From Geosiphon pyriformis uo1 (lineage: Eukaryota > Fungi > Glomeromycota): 64,000 nucleotides of DNA. A model generated the notes under the pieces. It ran no database searches and was not told where the DNA came from. It saw only the letters and a program-made list of their open reading frames with translations. The stretch is taken from positions 124,001 through 188,000 of the forward strand of contig JAAOMT010000324.1 of the NCBI GenBank assembly GCA_016748015.1, given 5' to 3'. The position numbers were made by a program, and so were the translations under genes. Every line of letters begins with the position of its first letter. Within the stretch, counting starts at the first letter, position 1. Below, piece by piece: positions 33,784 through 48,524 of the stretch.

Positions 33784-36700
33784 TTAGATTTGTCTCATTC
33801 ACGACAATCTGTCAGCATTTCCATTGTCTTTTCCCTTTTTATAATGTACTGTATAATTGAATGGTGAAAGTTCTATTTTTCATCTGGCATGGCAATCGTC
33901 TGCAAATTTTTGTTTCTGGATTAAAGTCAATCCTTTGTTATCCATATATATTTTAAACTTTTGGCTCAAGTATTCTCTCTATTTAATAACAGCCCAATAG
34001 ATTGCTAAGTGTTTCAGTGCTGGAGTTCTATAGTTCTTTTTAGCTGGACTTAAACTTTTACTGGTGTAAGCTACTAGATGCTCTCTTTCATTGGGTCCTT
34101 TCTGTGATAGTACTGCTTCCAATGCTTGACCTGATGTATCAGTAGTAATGATGAATGGTTTGTTGTGATCTGAATACATCAATACTGGAGCTTGGGTAAG
34201 CTTTCTTCTCAATGTGTCGAATGCTTTTTGTTGAGCTTTAGTCCATTTATACTTCACATTCTTGGTTTGTAGATGGTGAAATGGCTGAACTAGTTTAGAA
34301 AAGTCTTTAATGAAGTGGCAATAGTAGCCTGCGAATCCCAAAAATGCCCTTAGTTCTGGCAAGTTGGCTGGTACTGAAAAGTTTTTAACTACTTCAATCT
34401 TGTCTGGATCTGTTTTGATTCTATTTTTGCTCACTACATGTCCCAAAAACTTGAGTTCAGTTTTTCCAAAAAAATATTTGGTTGTATTTAGTTTTAATCC
34501 AGCTCTTCTTAACCTTTTGAATACTTGTTGAAGATGATGCAAATGATCATTGAATGTTTTTGAGAACACATTGGTATTATTCAAGTATACAACTACTGAT
34601 TTCCATAGTAATCCAGTATAGACAATTTTCATGAGCCATTGGAATGTTGCTGGAGCATTTATCAAGCCAAATAGCATAACTTCAAACTCAAAATTTCTTT
34701 CTCTTGTGGTAAACACTGTTTTTTCTTTGTTGGCTGGATCTATGGCTACTTGCCAATAACCACTATTTAAAGTCTAATGTTAAAAACTATTTATTTCTTC
34801 CAAAAGCATCAAATAGTTTTTGGATCTTTGGAGTTGGATAGCTATCACCTTTTGTTACTCTATTCAGTTTTCAGTAGTCTACACAAAAATGGATTTTTCC
34901 ATTCTTCTTATAGACTAGTACTACTGGTGATGACCATGGATTCATTGATGGCTGAATTAGCCCATTGTCAAGCATCTGGTTGATTTCTTGACAAATGATC
35001 TCATGGCTAGCTGGTGGTACTCTGTATGCTTTTTGTTTAATTGGCATTGCATCTCCAGTCTTGATCTGATGCCAGATGATATTAGTTCAGCCAGATTCAT
35101 TTTTGCTAGCAAAAATGTCATTAAAATTGTTGAGTAACATCTTGAGTTGCATTTATTGAAGTGGATCTAAATTCCTCATATTTATCTGTTCCAATTGTTT
35201 TGATTGGAGCAGATAACATTTACTTCATTCATAGATGGTTTGTAATGTAATGTCCACATATCTGCAAAGCTGTGGAAAATCTGGAATGTGATTTGGTGAT
35301 TGATCCTCAACTTCAGTGGTCAAATATTTAATAATAGTTCTCTTTAGTATTTCAATGACACTTCTGGTTGTATTGTAGATAGGAATTTTGATGTTTTTAG
35401 GGCTTTTGGCTAATATGTAGAGATTAGTGAGTTTAATCTCCTCTGATTCGCAAATGGTGGCTTCTGCTTCAAACAACTGAGCCTGATTCTTTATTTTTCT
35501 TTTTATAGATAACATATACTAATCATATAATGGAATGGAAATTGATTGATGAGTTGAGATAATTTCTCTTTTGTCAATAACCTCTTTCTCCGCCATATTA
35601 ACTGGTATGTCTATTTTATCTGTTGATCCAAATCTCTGTATCTCTTTAGCAGTAATCCCTAATTCTTCCCTGTTTCCTACTGACACTAATTGAGCTATTT
35701 TTACCAAAAATATTGCTTATGCTATTTTTTCATTTGGCTTTATGATATAGGCCTTTTCAGAGTCATTTTGTAGCATAGCAATAATATTTCCTACATACTC
35801 TGTGTTAATTATTCTTCCTTTGATGTTGATTTCTTTTTTTGCTAGGGTACTCTTAGATACTAATTGAACCATAGTTGTTGCTGGAATTTTCAGAGCTATT
35901 TTGAGATCAATACATGTGTGCAAATTTGGTTCCAATTTGATGGCTTTTTTTTCTGGATATCTTAGATCAAACCCTGCATCAATATCATGTGTGCATTCTG
36001 GCATAATATCTTCATTATTGTCACTATATCATTTGAGTTCCTGCTCCTTAGATAGATTAGAAAGTGCAATATATATTTCAGAGTTTGAATCAGAGTTTGA
36101 ATTGCTGATATTTTTGTTGCTATTTTGAGTGGAGCTGGAACCATTATTTTTATTATTGTCATTGTTAGAGTTTGAATTAAGATTGAAAATTGATTCTGAT
36201 TCTGATGCACAGTTGCTGATTGGTTTTCTTTCCTCTGGGATTGTGTAGATTATACATGGTGGTAGATTGTAAATGAGATTACACTCATTACAATATTGAA
36301 AGTCACATAGAATCAAACAATAGTCACATAGTCAAGTGTTGATTTCTTTCAAGCATTGCTTCTGCTCTTCTCTTATAAGTGCTAACTCTTGATAATGTTC
36401 GTGGAATTGTTCTGGATCTAGGAGATTTATAACTGGTTCTGGGTCCTAGTCAAGTTCTATAGGTTTAGGTGGGTTATTTTTAATTGTTTTTATCACTTCT
36501 GGTATTACTTTTTCGATTTTGGCAAGTGCCATTTGCCAGATTTCATTATTGTTGTGCGGACATCTGTTCAGACATTTGACGGCTCATCTCCAGGCAGCAT
36601 CTATGGACGTTCCTTTCCTCACCCAGTCACTTATCAGAATCATATATTAACATGATTCATTGCACGTTCCTTCTCACCCAGAAATGTCATTCCATATTTT

Positions 36701-39700
36701 TTTGTCCAAAAGAGTTTCTCCACAAGCCAAGCATGGTTCATTGTCCTATTTTCCAACTTATTTTGGCCTTCTAAAGTGTTTAATGATGCATGGGTGGCAG
36801 TAAAATTTTGTTGCCAAAGTGTATTCCTCATCATTGCCACAACAAATGCCTATTGACGACAATTTCTTACCACAATTAACACATACCAGTTTTGGGTAGC
36901 AATAAGTGGATTGGTAGGGTGTAGTGTAGAAATTATAAGTGGAGTTGCTGTCAGTTGTTGGTTTTTCTTCCTTCCCCTTTCTTTTTCCCTTTTTGTCTTC
37001 TTTCCATTTCCAATTTATTTGTTCTTCCTGGTCATTGTCAGTTTCCCAGGCTTGGTTGGCTTTCCAGATAAGTTTTTTGCTCTGTTTTCTTTTGTTGTTG
37101 TCATTCTATGAAGGTACTGGCAGCAGCTCGTTGTGTTCAGTGTTGGTCCAAAAAACTTGGTAGGCTTCCCAGGTAGGTTTTTTCTCCTCTTCCTCAAAAT
37201 TTGATAAGTGAGGTTGTCAAGTTGGTGGTCTTGAAATGGCCACACATAGCTGGTACGCATGTGTGTCAGCTGTTCTGGCTAATTTGAAGCTCCTGCATAT
37301 TCCAATCAAGCAACACGTTGGTTTTGGATAGCCAATCATTCCCAATAAGTGCTTGGTATTGAGTGGCTTTTATAACCAGTACTTTGATTAGGACCATAAT
37401 ACTATTAACTTCAATGGGGAAGTTGTCGATCTTACTAATAGAAGTTTTTGTTGCTCCATTAGTGGTTATGATCCTGGTACTGGCAGCGTGATTAACTTGG
37501 TAACCTAATTGGTCCATAAGTTGTTTTATAATGATGCTGCCAGCTGATCTATTGTTTAGGATCAGTTTGATGGAATGGCCATTAACTTTGGCATCAGTAT
37601 ATATGGCCATAATAGGTTTTTCTTCCAGAGCAGCTTCACTAAATAATAGCGTGGTTGATGGTTCTTTGAGTTTAAATAAAAAGATGACATCCAGTAATTT
37701 ATTCTTGGTGATGGTAGCTGGTAGAATGTTGCTGATAAGTATTGGTTGTTAGTTGGTCTCCAGATTATTGGGTTGAGTCTCTTTTGTGATAACTAAAAGA
37801 CTTAAATAGTTCTGGAAATTTGGATTTTGGGCATATCTGGTGCCTGAATCCCATTGTCAAGATCCTGTTGGTTGTGTGAAAGAACTGGAGATCAGTTGGT
37901 GAACTACCATCAATAATCTCCAGCTTTGTTGGATTAATCTTGGCCTTTGGGTTCTATTTTGAGGTAAGTTCTGTAGCGGTGTTTGAATTTGTTGGGGCTG
38001 ATAAATTACCTGAGGCTGTAGTTGATAAATGAGTTGTGACTGTAACTGATAAATTGTTAGGGTTGTTGATTGATAAATTGGTGCTTGATATATTGGTAAA
38101 TGATAAAATGGGTACTGTGTTATAGGTATGTAATTTTGATAATATGGCTTTGAGTTTGGTAGATTATTCGGAATTTGAAACTGGTAATTGGGGTTTTGAT
38201 ATTGATTTCCTAATTGTTGGTTATTTAAGCAATGGTGGCAATTGATTTGTAGGTGTTCTTGTTTACCATAATAGTGGTAAATGTGCGTTTCTTGTTGCCA
38301 TTGTTGATTGGTTGATGATGATGGACACAACTAATTCTGGAAACAATTCGCGTTTCCAGAATTATTGCATCATTGTGGTGGTTGATAAATTGCATAATTG
38401 TCAACTAAGTATCCCTCTAATTTCTGATTAATGAAATCACTAAATTGTTTCAATTTGGAATCCAATTCAGATGATCCATTCATTATTAAGTTAATGGCTT
38501 GGGTGTGGTTAGCTTCAAGTTCAGTGGCTTCAAAATCCCAGACATTTGTAATGGCTGCTTGCAGATCAATAGGATGCAATAGACATACACATTGCAGAAT
38601 GCTACTGCATAATCCGCAAATAAACTGATTTAAGATCTGGGCCACTGTAAAATAATTGGCATTGATGGCTTGGATCTGGCACAGATTCCTGTAGAAGCAC
38701 CCTAAGTAAGTAGTGACTGCTTCATTTTTTCTTTGTTTGATGATAGTGAATGTGTTTGCTAACCTGTTGATGCTGTTATTGTTGCTAAAATATCTTAAGA
38801 ACTCAATTTTAAATGCATTGAAATCTTGGGGTTTGTTGACCAGGCTTTGGTATTATGAATTGGCAGTATTCTGGAGAAAATATGGGATGGCTTGCATGGC
38901 TTTAGCATCATTCTATCCATTAGCTGCAATGGCTTTCTCCACATTATTTAATCATACTTGGGTGTTGTCCTCTTCACTGGTGAATTTTTCAAGTTTGGCT
39001 ATTGGTATGTATGCCATTGGATCTAAGTTGGGTTGTGGTTACTGCTGAATTTGTTATTGAGGTAGCAATTGTGGCTGTTGTTGCTATTGGGCATTTGGTG
39101 GAGCTGGTGGTGGATTGATCATGATTACTGGAGGTAAGTGCTGATTAATTATGTTGGAGTTTTGATTATTCTGATTTTCTGGAGTTTGATTAACTGGAGT
39201 TTTAATTTCTGAATGTTTTAGGATCGGGTTTTGCTTATTAACTTCCTGATTGCTACTCTCTTCTTCCTTGGAATCAGTTATTTCTCAAGAACTAATGGCT
39301 CCAAAATCTGGTTGTGGTGGTGGTGATTGAATTTCTGATGGCATTGGGAATTGTGATTTAAATCCCTCAAAATAATTGCTGTATGTTCCTAATAATTCTG
39401 TCTTCTTTTGTTTACTTTGGAATGGAATTCTGTTTAGTGGCATTGTCATGTTTGTTGTAACTGTGTTTATTATATTAATAGTGCTTCTGGATGTGTGGTG
39501 ATATAATGGATTAGCAGGTGAATCAAATCTTTGTTTCTTTCAAGTGGGTAGTTGGATTTGCTTTGGTGTTCCTGCTGGTGTTTGTAGCCTTCTTTTGCCT
39601 TTGTTTGCAAAAGTGATAGGAAATTTCTGTTTGGTGTATTTTTCAATTTCTCTGTTTATTTTTGTAATTAAAGATGCAAATAGAAAATTTTGTGGAAGGA

Positions 39701-39917
39701 TGGTGCTTTGGAGTAATTCACTGAAGAAGTTGTTGAAAGTAGATTCTGGATCTTCTTGGTCTTTCAAGTGATATACTATTCTTTTGTTGATGTAGCAATT
39801 GAAAGCTGATTCAGTTGGTCAACTATTATTTGTTAATCTAAGATAAATGTGATAGTGTTGAAATAAAAATTTTGCAAATTCTAAATGGTTTGTTCCTATT
39901 TCTTCAGATTTTGCCAC
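33784..39917 (-). pseudogene. A3 Gag-PR-Cys-rich-dUTPase-RT-RNase H polyprotein pseudogene
   Basis: The Gag and protease fragments (39767, 38645, 38330, 37610) share one frame; 245-aa RT/RH fragment at 33979-34716. Confidence 0.9.
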
Positions 39918-39979
39918 TGTTTAGATGATTATGGTTGGTGCTGTTCTCTGTAAAATTATACCTCACAGGGAGCACCAAA

Positions 39980-40823
39980 TGTTATAGATGATTATTTGGA
40001 GTCTCAAATCAAATAACAAATTCATAACTTGGTGCTCAATATCTTGACAATGCTGGTAATACTGGTATGTTAGTTGTATCTAAAAGTTTTAAAATTGAGT
40101 CTTTTATATAATAGACAGAGATTTAATAATGATATAATTAGTTGGTGAGTTGTGTTCCCAATTTCTGTCTTCAGCTTGGTGGCTGGTTTATTCTTTAGTC
40201 ATGCCCTTCTGGTAAGCTATTTGTTAATATATATATAATTTTACCCTTATTTCTGGGTCTTTTACTAGGCTATCCATGATGTTAATTACTCAGTGCTTTA
40301 ATTTTTAATTAGTTAGTATATGACAGTAAAAATAAAAGAAAAAAATAAATAAAAGAAAATAAAAAAATGAACCAAGGTAATATGCACGTTAGTATCTTAT
40401 CAATAGCCATGATTAAGAGCTATTGTTCCAGCATGGTTAGATATCAATTATTATCAACATAAAAAGTTGATAGTAGAAAGTAGATTTGGATAGTAAATGA
40501 TTTATTTATTTAATATTTGTGGATAAAAGATTTTTAACTAAAGAATTTTTATCTTTTTACTTCTAATACTATCATTATATATACATAATTGATGTTCTAC
40601 AAGATCACTCATATTTTTGAGTAATGTGCTATGATTTCTTAAGCAATGTTCACATTGCTAAGCAATGTGCTCTAATTTTCTAACATTGCTCCACATTGCT
40701 GAGCAATGTGCTATGTTTTCTGACATTGCTCTATATTGCTAAGCAATGTGTTCACATACTACATACTATTCATTCATTGGTCTATTATTCTCCCTATATC
40801 TGTTTTTCTTTTTATGAGTAACA
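39980..40823 (-). repeat. 5' LTR of A3
   Basis: Adjacent to the PBS; type I array at 40610-40755. Confidence 0.92.
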
Positions 40824-43800
40824 ACATGCAACAGAATTAAAGATTAATAATAGTAATATACTAATTAATCCTTAGTTTATTGTATTAATTATCAAGATCA
40901 CACTAGTGGAGTTCAGAAAGTGGATTTACCCAAAACCTAAATTCTTAAAACTATTTAAGTCTTCTGATTACTTTAGAAAACAGTGTATTCAACAATTTGA
41001 AAACCAATTAACAACCACTTACGAACAACATTCTACTAACAACTATTACAGAGAACAAATTACTTGCCACCAACATTTTTTTTGAATTAGAAACTCACTT
41101 AGAAACACTATTCTTTAGTAAAGTTATTCTTAATGCCAAACTAATTACCACCATATATACTGATGCTAAAATTGGTAATTACTCTATTAAAATAATTCTT
41201 AATAGTAGTTCAGCAGACAGTATCATTACATGACAACTCATAGACCAATTAGATTACCAAGTTATTTATGCTATTAGCACCAGAATTATTATCACTAATA
41301 GAGCCATCAAGACTTTTATTGGTGAAATTAACAACTTTTTGTTTGAAATTAATAATATTATAATACCCATCAATGTTTTTGTAATAGAAGCCACACAATA
41401 TCAAGCTTTTATTAATAACAACTGGCTGTTCAAGACCAACATTGCATTTAATTGAAATATTTAAAAGCTACAGTTCAGTCAAGATAATTAGCAAACTTAA
41501 GTATCTGCTACCTGTAACCACTTTAAAACAAATACTACTAACCAATTATCACTAATTGAGTTTAAATAAAAAAAGAAGAAACCTACCTAAAAAGCTTATC
41601 AAGTTTTGTGGACTGATAACAAACACAATAAATTATTACCAATATTTTTGTGAGATAATAAAGAGAAAAAAAAAAAAAGAACAAGCCAGAAGTAACCACA
41701 ACCACTGAAAAAATAACTAATGGCTGTAATAAATTATACTCTATAGATACAAGAAAAAAACTACCTTATATTCTACTAAAATGTATCAATTATAAAAAAA
41801 ACTTTTATCTATAGGAGCTTGAATCTTGCCAGAAAAAAACTATTGGATGCATATTTACTATTATTGTAAACCATATTACTGAAAACATTTTGGTTATCTT
41901 AAGTAACAAGAAAAGTAGGACAATAAGCTATGTCTTGCTTATAAGGAAACACTGCTTAATAAAAAAATATGGAATAATATTTCTGATTGAAAAAAAATGT
42001 ACAATGTATTATGTTAATACACAATTCTTATTAGCAACTGGTTAAACAGAAAAACACTTTTCAATGCTATATAGAACCAAGCACTTTCACACTTGGACAG
42101 TTATTTACACAACAAAGATAAAATTTAACAAATAACAAGTGCCAAAATTGAAGACAATTTACTTAACAAAATATTGACTATCAAAAATAATCCATTAAAA
42201 CCTGTTGAAACTATTTATATTTCCAATTTAAATGTATTTATTGACATTTTAAACAATTCAGAACAATTCATAAACACTACCAAGATTTAGCACTCACTAA
42301 AAAAAAACAAAAGCAGTATTTAAAACAGTTAAATGCAAAATTTTGTAAATATTGCTTAATTCTTAATAACTTCAAATATTGTGATAATTGTAATCTTATC
42401 TATAATCTATTATTATGTATGATCTATTTAATCTCCAAAAAAAAAACCAATCAGCAAATGTGCATTAGAATTGGAATTGAAAATCAATTGTAATTTAGAC
42501 TTTGACAATAATAACAACAATAGTTCTAATTCTATTCACTATGACAATAACAACAATAATTCAAACTCTAATTACAATCCTAAACAATATATTACACTTT
42601 CAGATCTGTTAATAGAGCAGGAACTAAAATAATTTAGTAATAATAATAAAAATATTATATTAAAACATACATATAATACTGATACAGAGTTTGATCTTAA
42701 GTATTTAGAAAAAACTGTTATCAGATTAAAATCTCTTTCACACATCAGTATAAATCTGAAAATAACACTGGAAATTTTAACAACAACAATAGTCTAAATA
42801 GTTTTTAGATCTAATTTAGTAAAAAATAAAATTAATATTAAAGAAGAAATAATTGATACAAAATATGTAGAAAATATTATTGCAATACTACAAAATGACT
42901 TAGAAAAAGGATATGTAATTGAACTAAATGAAAAAATAGCACAAACAATATTCCTGCTATTAGTTAAAATAGCTTAGTTAGTATTAATAAGAACAAAAAA
43001 AAAGTTAGAGATTACAGCAAGAAGAATAAAAGAATTTGAATCAACAAACAGAATAGATATACTAGTTAATATATCAGAAAAAAAACAATTAATAAGAAAG
43101 AAATTATCTTCATTTATTAATCAATTTCTATTTTCTTATATAATCAGTATATAGTAGTTATAAAAAGAAAAATAAAAGACCAATTCCAAATTTTTGAAGC
43201 TAAAACAAACATTTGTGAATCAAAAAAAATTGCTATTACTAATTTCTATATATTAATCAAAAACAACAAACACATCAAAATTTCCATATACAACACAACT
43301 AAAAATTTTATAAAAATATCAAATAGAACTACTATTAGATACTTAAGCACTAAAGTTAAGAATCAAATATCTACTACCATTTCAAATTTTCTACAGCTTT
43401 GCAAATATGTGGACATTATATTACAAATTATATATGGACAAGAAGAATATTATTTGTTGTAACCAAAACAATTAGAACAAATGAACTTGAGGAATTTAGA
43501 TCCACTTTAACAAATACAACTAAAAATGCTACTTAACAATTTCACTAATATTTTTGCCAGTAAAAATAAATTTGACAGAACTAATATCATTCAATACCAG
43601 ATCAAAACTGAAGATATAATGTCAATCACACAAAGAGCATACAGAATGTTATCAGCTAGTCATAAAATCATTTGACAAGAAATCAACAAAATGTTGGACA
43701 ATAAGTTAATTCAATTATTAATGAGTTCATGATCATTATCAATGATATTAATTTATAAAAAAAATAAAAAAACCACTTTTGTGTAGATTATAAAAAACTC

Positions 43801-46800
43801 AATAGTATTATTTATGAAGATAATTATTTAATTTTATGAATTTAAAAGTTATTTGATGCTTTTAAAAAAAAAAATTGTTCTTAACATTAGACTTAGATAG
43901 TGGTTACTAACAAATAGCCATAAATCTAACTAATAAAAAAAATAGTGTTTACCACCAGAGAAAAAAATTTTGAATTTAATGTTATACTATTTGGCTTAAT
44001 TAATGTTCCAGTTACTTTCCAATAACTTATGAAAATTGTTTATATTAGGCTGCTATAAAAATCAGTAGTTGTTTATTTAGACAACACCAATATGTTCTCA
44101 AAAAGATTCAATGATCATTTTTATTATCTCCAACAAGTGTTTAAAAGATTAAAAAGAGCTAAATTGAAATTAAATGTAACTAAATGTTTCTTTGGCAAAA
44201 CTAAACTCAAGTTTTTGGAACATATTATAAGCAAAAACATCATCAAAACAGATTCAAACAAAATCGAAATAGTTAAAAACTTTTTAGTATCAATTAACTT
44301 GATAAAACTAAAAACATTTTTGGAATTTACTAGATACTATTACCATTTTATCCAAAACTTTTCCAAACTGACCCAACTATTTCACTAGCTTTAAGTAAAG
44401 AATGTTAAATATAAATGAATGAAAACTTAACAAGAAGCTTTTGACATCTTAAGAAGAAAGCTTATTTAAACTTCAATATTAATCTATTTAAATTACAACA
44501 AATTATTTATCATTACTACTAATGTATTTAGTCAAACATTGAGAACTGTATTGTATCAAAAAGAAGCAAATAAATAAGAACATTTAATAGCATATGCTAA
44601 TAGAAATTTAAGTTCAGCCAAAAAGAATTATAACACTTTAGCATTAAAATATTTAGCTATCTATTGGGCTATTATCAAATAAAAAAAATATTTAAGTTAA
44701 AAGTTTGATGTATATACTGATCACAAAGAATTGACATCATTTAAAAGCAAAAATTTGAAAATAATTGCCATGTAAGATGAAAATAGAATTATTACCATTT
44801 AATTATACTATACATTATTAAAATAGAAATGCTAATAGTTTGTTACAAATTTAACAAATCTAAAAACATTTTAAACAAAAAATATAACAAAAAATAAACA
44901 CATAAAAATATCAAAAATTCTAATATTATATTAATACTCAGCAGTTCAAAGAGAAATTATCTCAAAAAAAACAAAACAACATAAAACAACAAGCAAAATA
45001 TTTTATTACTTACCAAAATATATTATATTAAAAAAACAGAAAATACCTAAATCAGTCACTTAAAGTAATTACAGAACCAAAAAAAGAAACAATATTGTTC
45101 AACATGTATTTAAATTCAACAACAGAACATTTTTATAAAGAAGCAACTATAAAAAGAACCAGAAAAAGATATTATTGGCCAGTTATATATTCAAATATCA
45201 TTTAATATGTTTAAAATTATGATGTTTGTCAGAAAAAAAGAGAAACAAGACCTAGTGAACCACTAAAACCAATTAAAATAGGACAACTATTTAATTGAAT
45301 TGAAATTAACTTAGTTGAACTATTAATAATAACCAGCAAAGACAATTAATATATAGCAGCAGTTATAAACTATCTTATAAAATGGCCAGAAGCAAAAGCA
45401 ATTCAAAGAGCAAATGCAGAATTTATAGCTAAATTTATACACCAAGATTTAATTTGTTAACATGAATGCCCAAAAAAATTATTATTAGATCAAAAAACTT
45501 ATTTTGTAAACAAAACATTAACAAAATTAAGTCAAAAATTTGGAATTAAAAGACTATTATTATTACCATATCATTCCCAAACAAATGACTTAGTCAAAAA
45601 ATTCAACAAAAAATTGTGTAAAACAATAGCCAAGATTAGCCAAAAAAACCGGGATAAATAAGATTTGTTTATACTATTAGTATTATTTGCTTATTGGACA
45701 ATAAAGCAAAATACTATATAAGCAATACTATTTAAACTTGTTTATAGTAAAACAGCAATATTATTAGTTAAAATAGATATCAACACATATCTAACAAAAC
45801 CAATAACAGAAACCAACTTTCAAAAAATATTGCTAAGAAAAACATATGACTTAATGAAAACATTAGAAAACAAAAGGCAAAGAGCAGCTAATAATATACA
45901 AAAATTATAGACAAAACAAAAAAAACAACATAATAACCAATTATTAGATAAACCAGTTAAATTCAAGATTGAAGACAAAGTATTCTTATATTATACCAAA
46001 GCAGAAAAACAATAGAATGGAAAATTTGATCCCAAATAGGATAGATCATTTTACATTGAAGAAATTCTAAAAAATAAAGCTTATAAATTAAGAGAGAACA
46101 ACAAAATCTTAGCTAAAACAGCACATGGAAATTAACTGAACTATATTACAATATAATATCATTATTTACCAGTAATATTTCACAACTAGAAATACAACAA
46201 ATACTAGTTCAACTAGATAAAATTTTATGAAATCTAGAACCAATCATAATTATTAACACAAACACATCAGATTAATTTACAAAATAGTATATAAAAAGAC
46301 ACAATATATGCAATAAAAACAACAAGAAAAGATAAAAATTTCAGACCACATCTATACAATAGTGTAATAATTATTCCAGACTATAAATCAAAAACAATTA
46401 GATATGAAAATTGTTATTAATTATCAAACAATTTGCTATTAAAACACCAAAAAAGAAAAAAAAACAAGAATTACCTCATATTATTGACCATAAAACCAAA
46501 CAATACACTAGTTAGATAAAATTATAAAAAAAATAAAAAACACTTTTGGAAAAATATTAGTGATAATTTTAACAAAAAAGCTAACCAAAAAAAACTAAAA
46601 GCAATAAATAGAACAACTTCCAGTATCATATTGTTATTATTAGTTAGGACAAAAATTAAATATTCAAAAATTATATATCAATAAATCCAAAATAATATTT
46701 AATCAAAAAATAGTATAACAGATTGAAAATTTTATTGGAAAGAAAACAAATTTTAGACTATATATTAAAACAATTTATTGACTACACATCATATTTTAAA

Positions 46801-46987
46801 ATTATTCAGAAATATTACTACACCAAAAAATGGAAACAATAATTGTTAACCAATAGAAAAAAATAAACAACTCTCAATATAAAAAAATAAAGAACAAAAT
46901 CAAACAAACAGTATTAAAAAGAAAAATAATAGACTTGATTCAAAATAAAAATTTTGACAGAGCTTAATATTAAAAAAGAGAAGATAA

Positions 46988-47995
46988 TATTATTTATAAA
47001 TAAAGTACAAAAAAAAAAGTAGAAAAAACAGATAGAAAAATAGACTAATAAGAGAATAATATTTAATAAGTGAGCATAATATTTAAAAAATATAATATAT
47101 TGCTTAGCAATATATATATTATTAGTAAATTATGGTATACTGTTCAGCAATAAGCATATTATCAGAAAATCATGATATATTGCTTAGCAATAAACACATT
47201 GTTAAAAAATTATGATATATTGCTTAATAATAAGCATATTGTTAAGAAAAATAGGGCATATTGCTCAAGAAAATATAAGATTTTATATAACAAGAAATAT
47301 GTATATATAGTAAGAGTATTAGAAACAAAAAAGACAAAATCAATACCAATAATCAGTTAGAATTGATATCAACAATCAATTAGAATTTATTATTTACCCA
47401 ATATTTTTCACTTTAAAAAGTATTTTTCTACAACTTGAAGTAGAATTAAATTACATATTAATAAAATATTAATTATTATCTAAATCTATGTTATCATCAC
47501 TTGATTAAGAAATATTAATTATTTTTACTCTATTAATACTTTATGTTAATAAAATTCAATATTTAATTATATTAAACCAATAGTTCTTAATTATAACTAT
47601 TAACAGAATACAAATTTTTTATTTTTCTTTTCTTATTTTTTTTTATTTTTTTTATTTTTTTTTGTTTTATTTTTTTGTTGTTTATTAATTGATTAAAAAA
47701 ATTAAGCACTGAGTATTTAATGTCAAAAATAATCTGATAAAAAACCCAGAAATAAGGATAGAAATTTAAAAATAGCTTACCAGAAAAACATGACTGCCAA
47801 AATAAACCAGCCATCATACTGAAGAAAAAAATTCACAAAAGAAATTTTTAATTAAATTTTTGTTTATTATACAAAAAACTTAACCAAAACCTTCAAACTC
47901 CAAAATCTTCAGAAATTATTAACATTACTCAACTATTAAATACTAAGTTACAGATTTGTTATTTGTATTAACATTTTAAATAATTACTTATAATA
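46988..47995 (+). repeat. 3' LTR of A2
   Basis: Follows the PPT aaaagagaagataa; type I array; U5 terminal hairpin. Confidence 0.85.
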
Positions 47996-48524
47996 TCATT
48001 AAAATTTATTGAATTTGTTTTTATTCTAAATTCAAATATTTTTGCTAATATTATAAGTAATACAGAACAATTTCATAAACATTACCAAGAATTGGCATCT
48101 ACTTAAGAAGAGCAAAAACAGTATTTAAAACAATTAAATACTAAACTCTGTAAATATTGTTTAATTTTTAATAATTTTAAATATTGTAATAAATGTGACT
48201 TTATTTATAATTTATTATCATGTATAATTTATTCAATTCTTAAGAAAAAAGAACCAATTAGTAGATATGTTTCAGAATTAAAATCAAAAATCAATTATAA
48301 TTCAGATTTTAATAATAATAATAACAATAATTCTAATAATATTAACAATAGTAATAATAATAATTTAACTTCAATTTAAATTTTAAACACTATATTGTGT
48401 TTTCAAATTTTTCTATGAAGCAGAAAATTAAATAGTTCAGTAATAATAATGAAGATATTATGTTTAAATACATCTATAATATTAATATAGAATTTAATCT
48501 TAAATATCTTGAAAAGAATAATCA
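47996..48524 (+). mobile_element. Very decayed family-A fragment (end of the Cys-rich domain to the start of dUTPase)
   Basis: Colinear with 42190-42710 (EQFHKHYQELA, LNTKLCKYC, KYCNKCDFIYN). Confidence 0.75.

Larger units (their letters stand above)
30815..40823 (-). mobile_element. Family-A Ty3/Gypsy element A3, full length (~10 kb), inserted in A2 gag
   Basis: LTRs 39980-40823 and 30815-31697; TSD atat/acat; PBS 39961-39979; PPT ~31698-31711. Gag from ~39917, PR 37266-37610, dUTPase ~35620-36004, RT/RH ORF fragment 33979-34716. Confidence 0.92.
6610..47995 (+). mobile_element. Family-A Ty3/Gypsy element A2, the outer shell of the nest. Own sequence: 6610-7376, 8235-8536, 28961-30814, 40824-47995
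   Basis: Similar LTRs at 6610-8403 (interrupted) and 46988-47995; PBS-like 8404-8422. Gag continues across both insertions. PR ~41150, dUTPase ~42660-43050, RT ~43600-44390, RNase H to 44863, IN ~44894-46270, ORF3 ~46332-46973, PPT 46974-46987. The flanks do not form a matching TSD. Confidence 0.8.
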
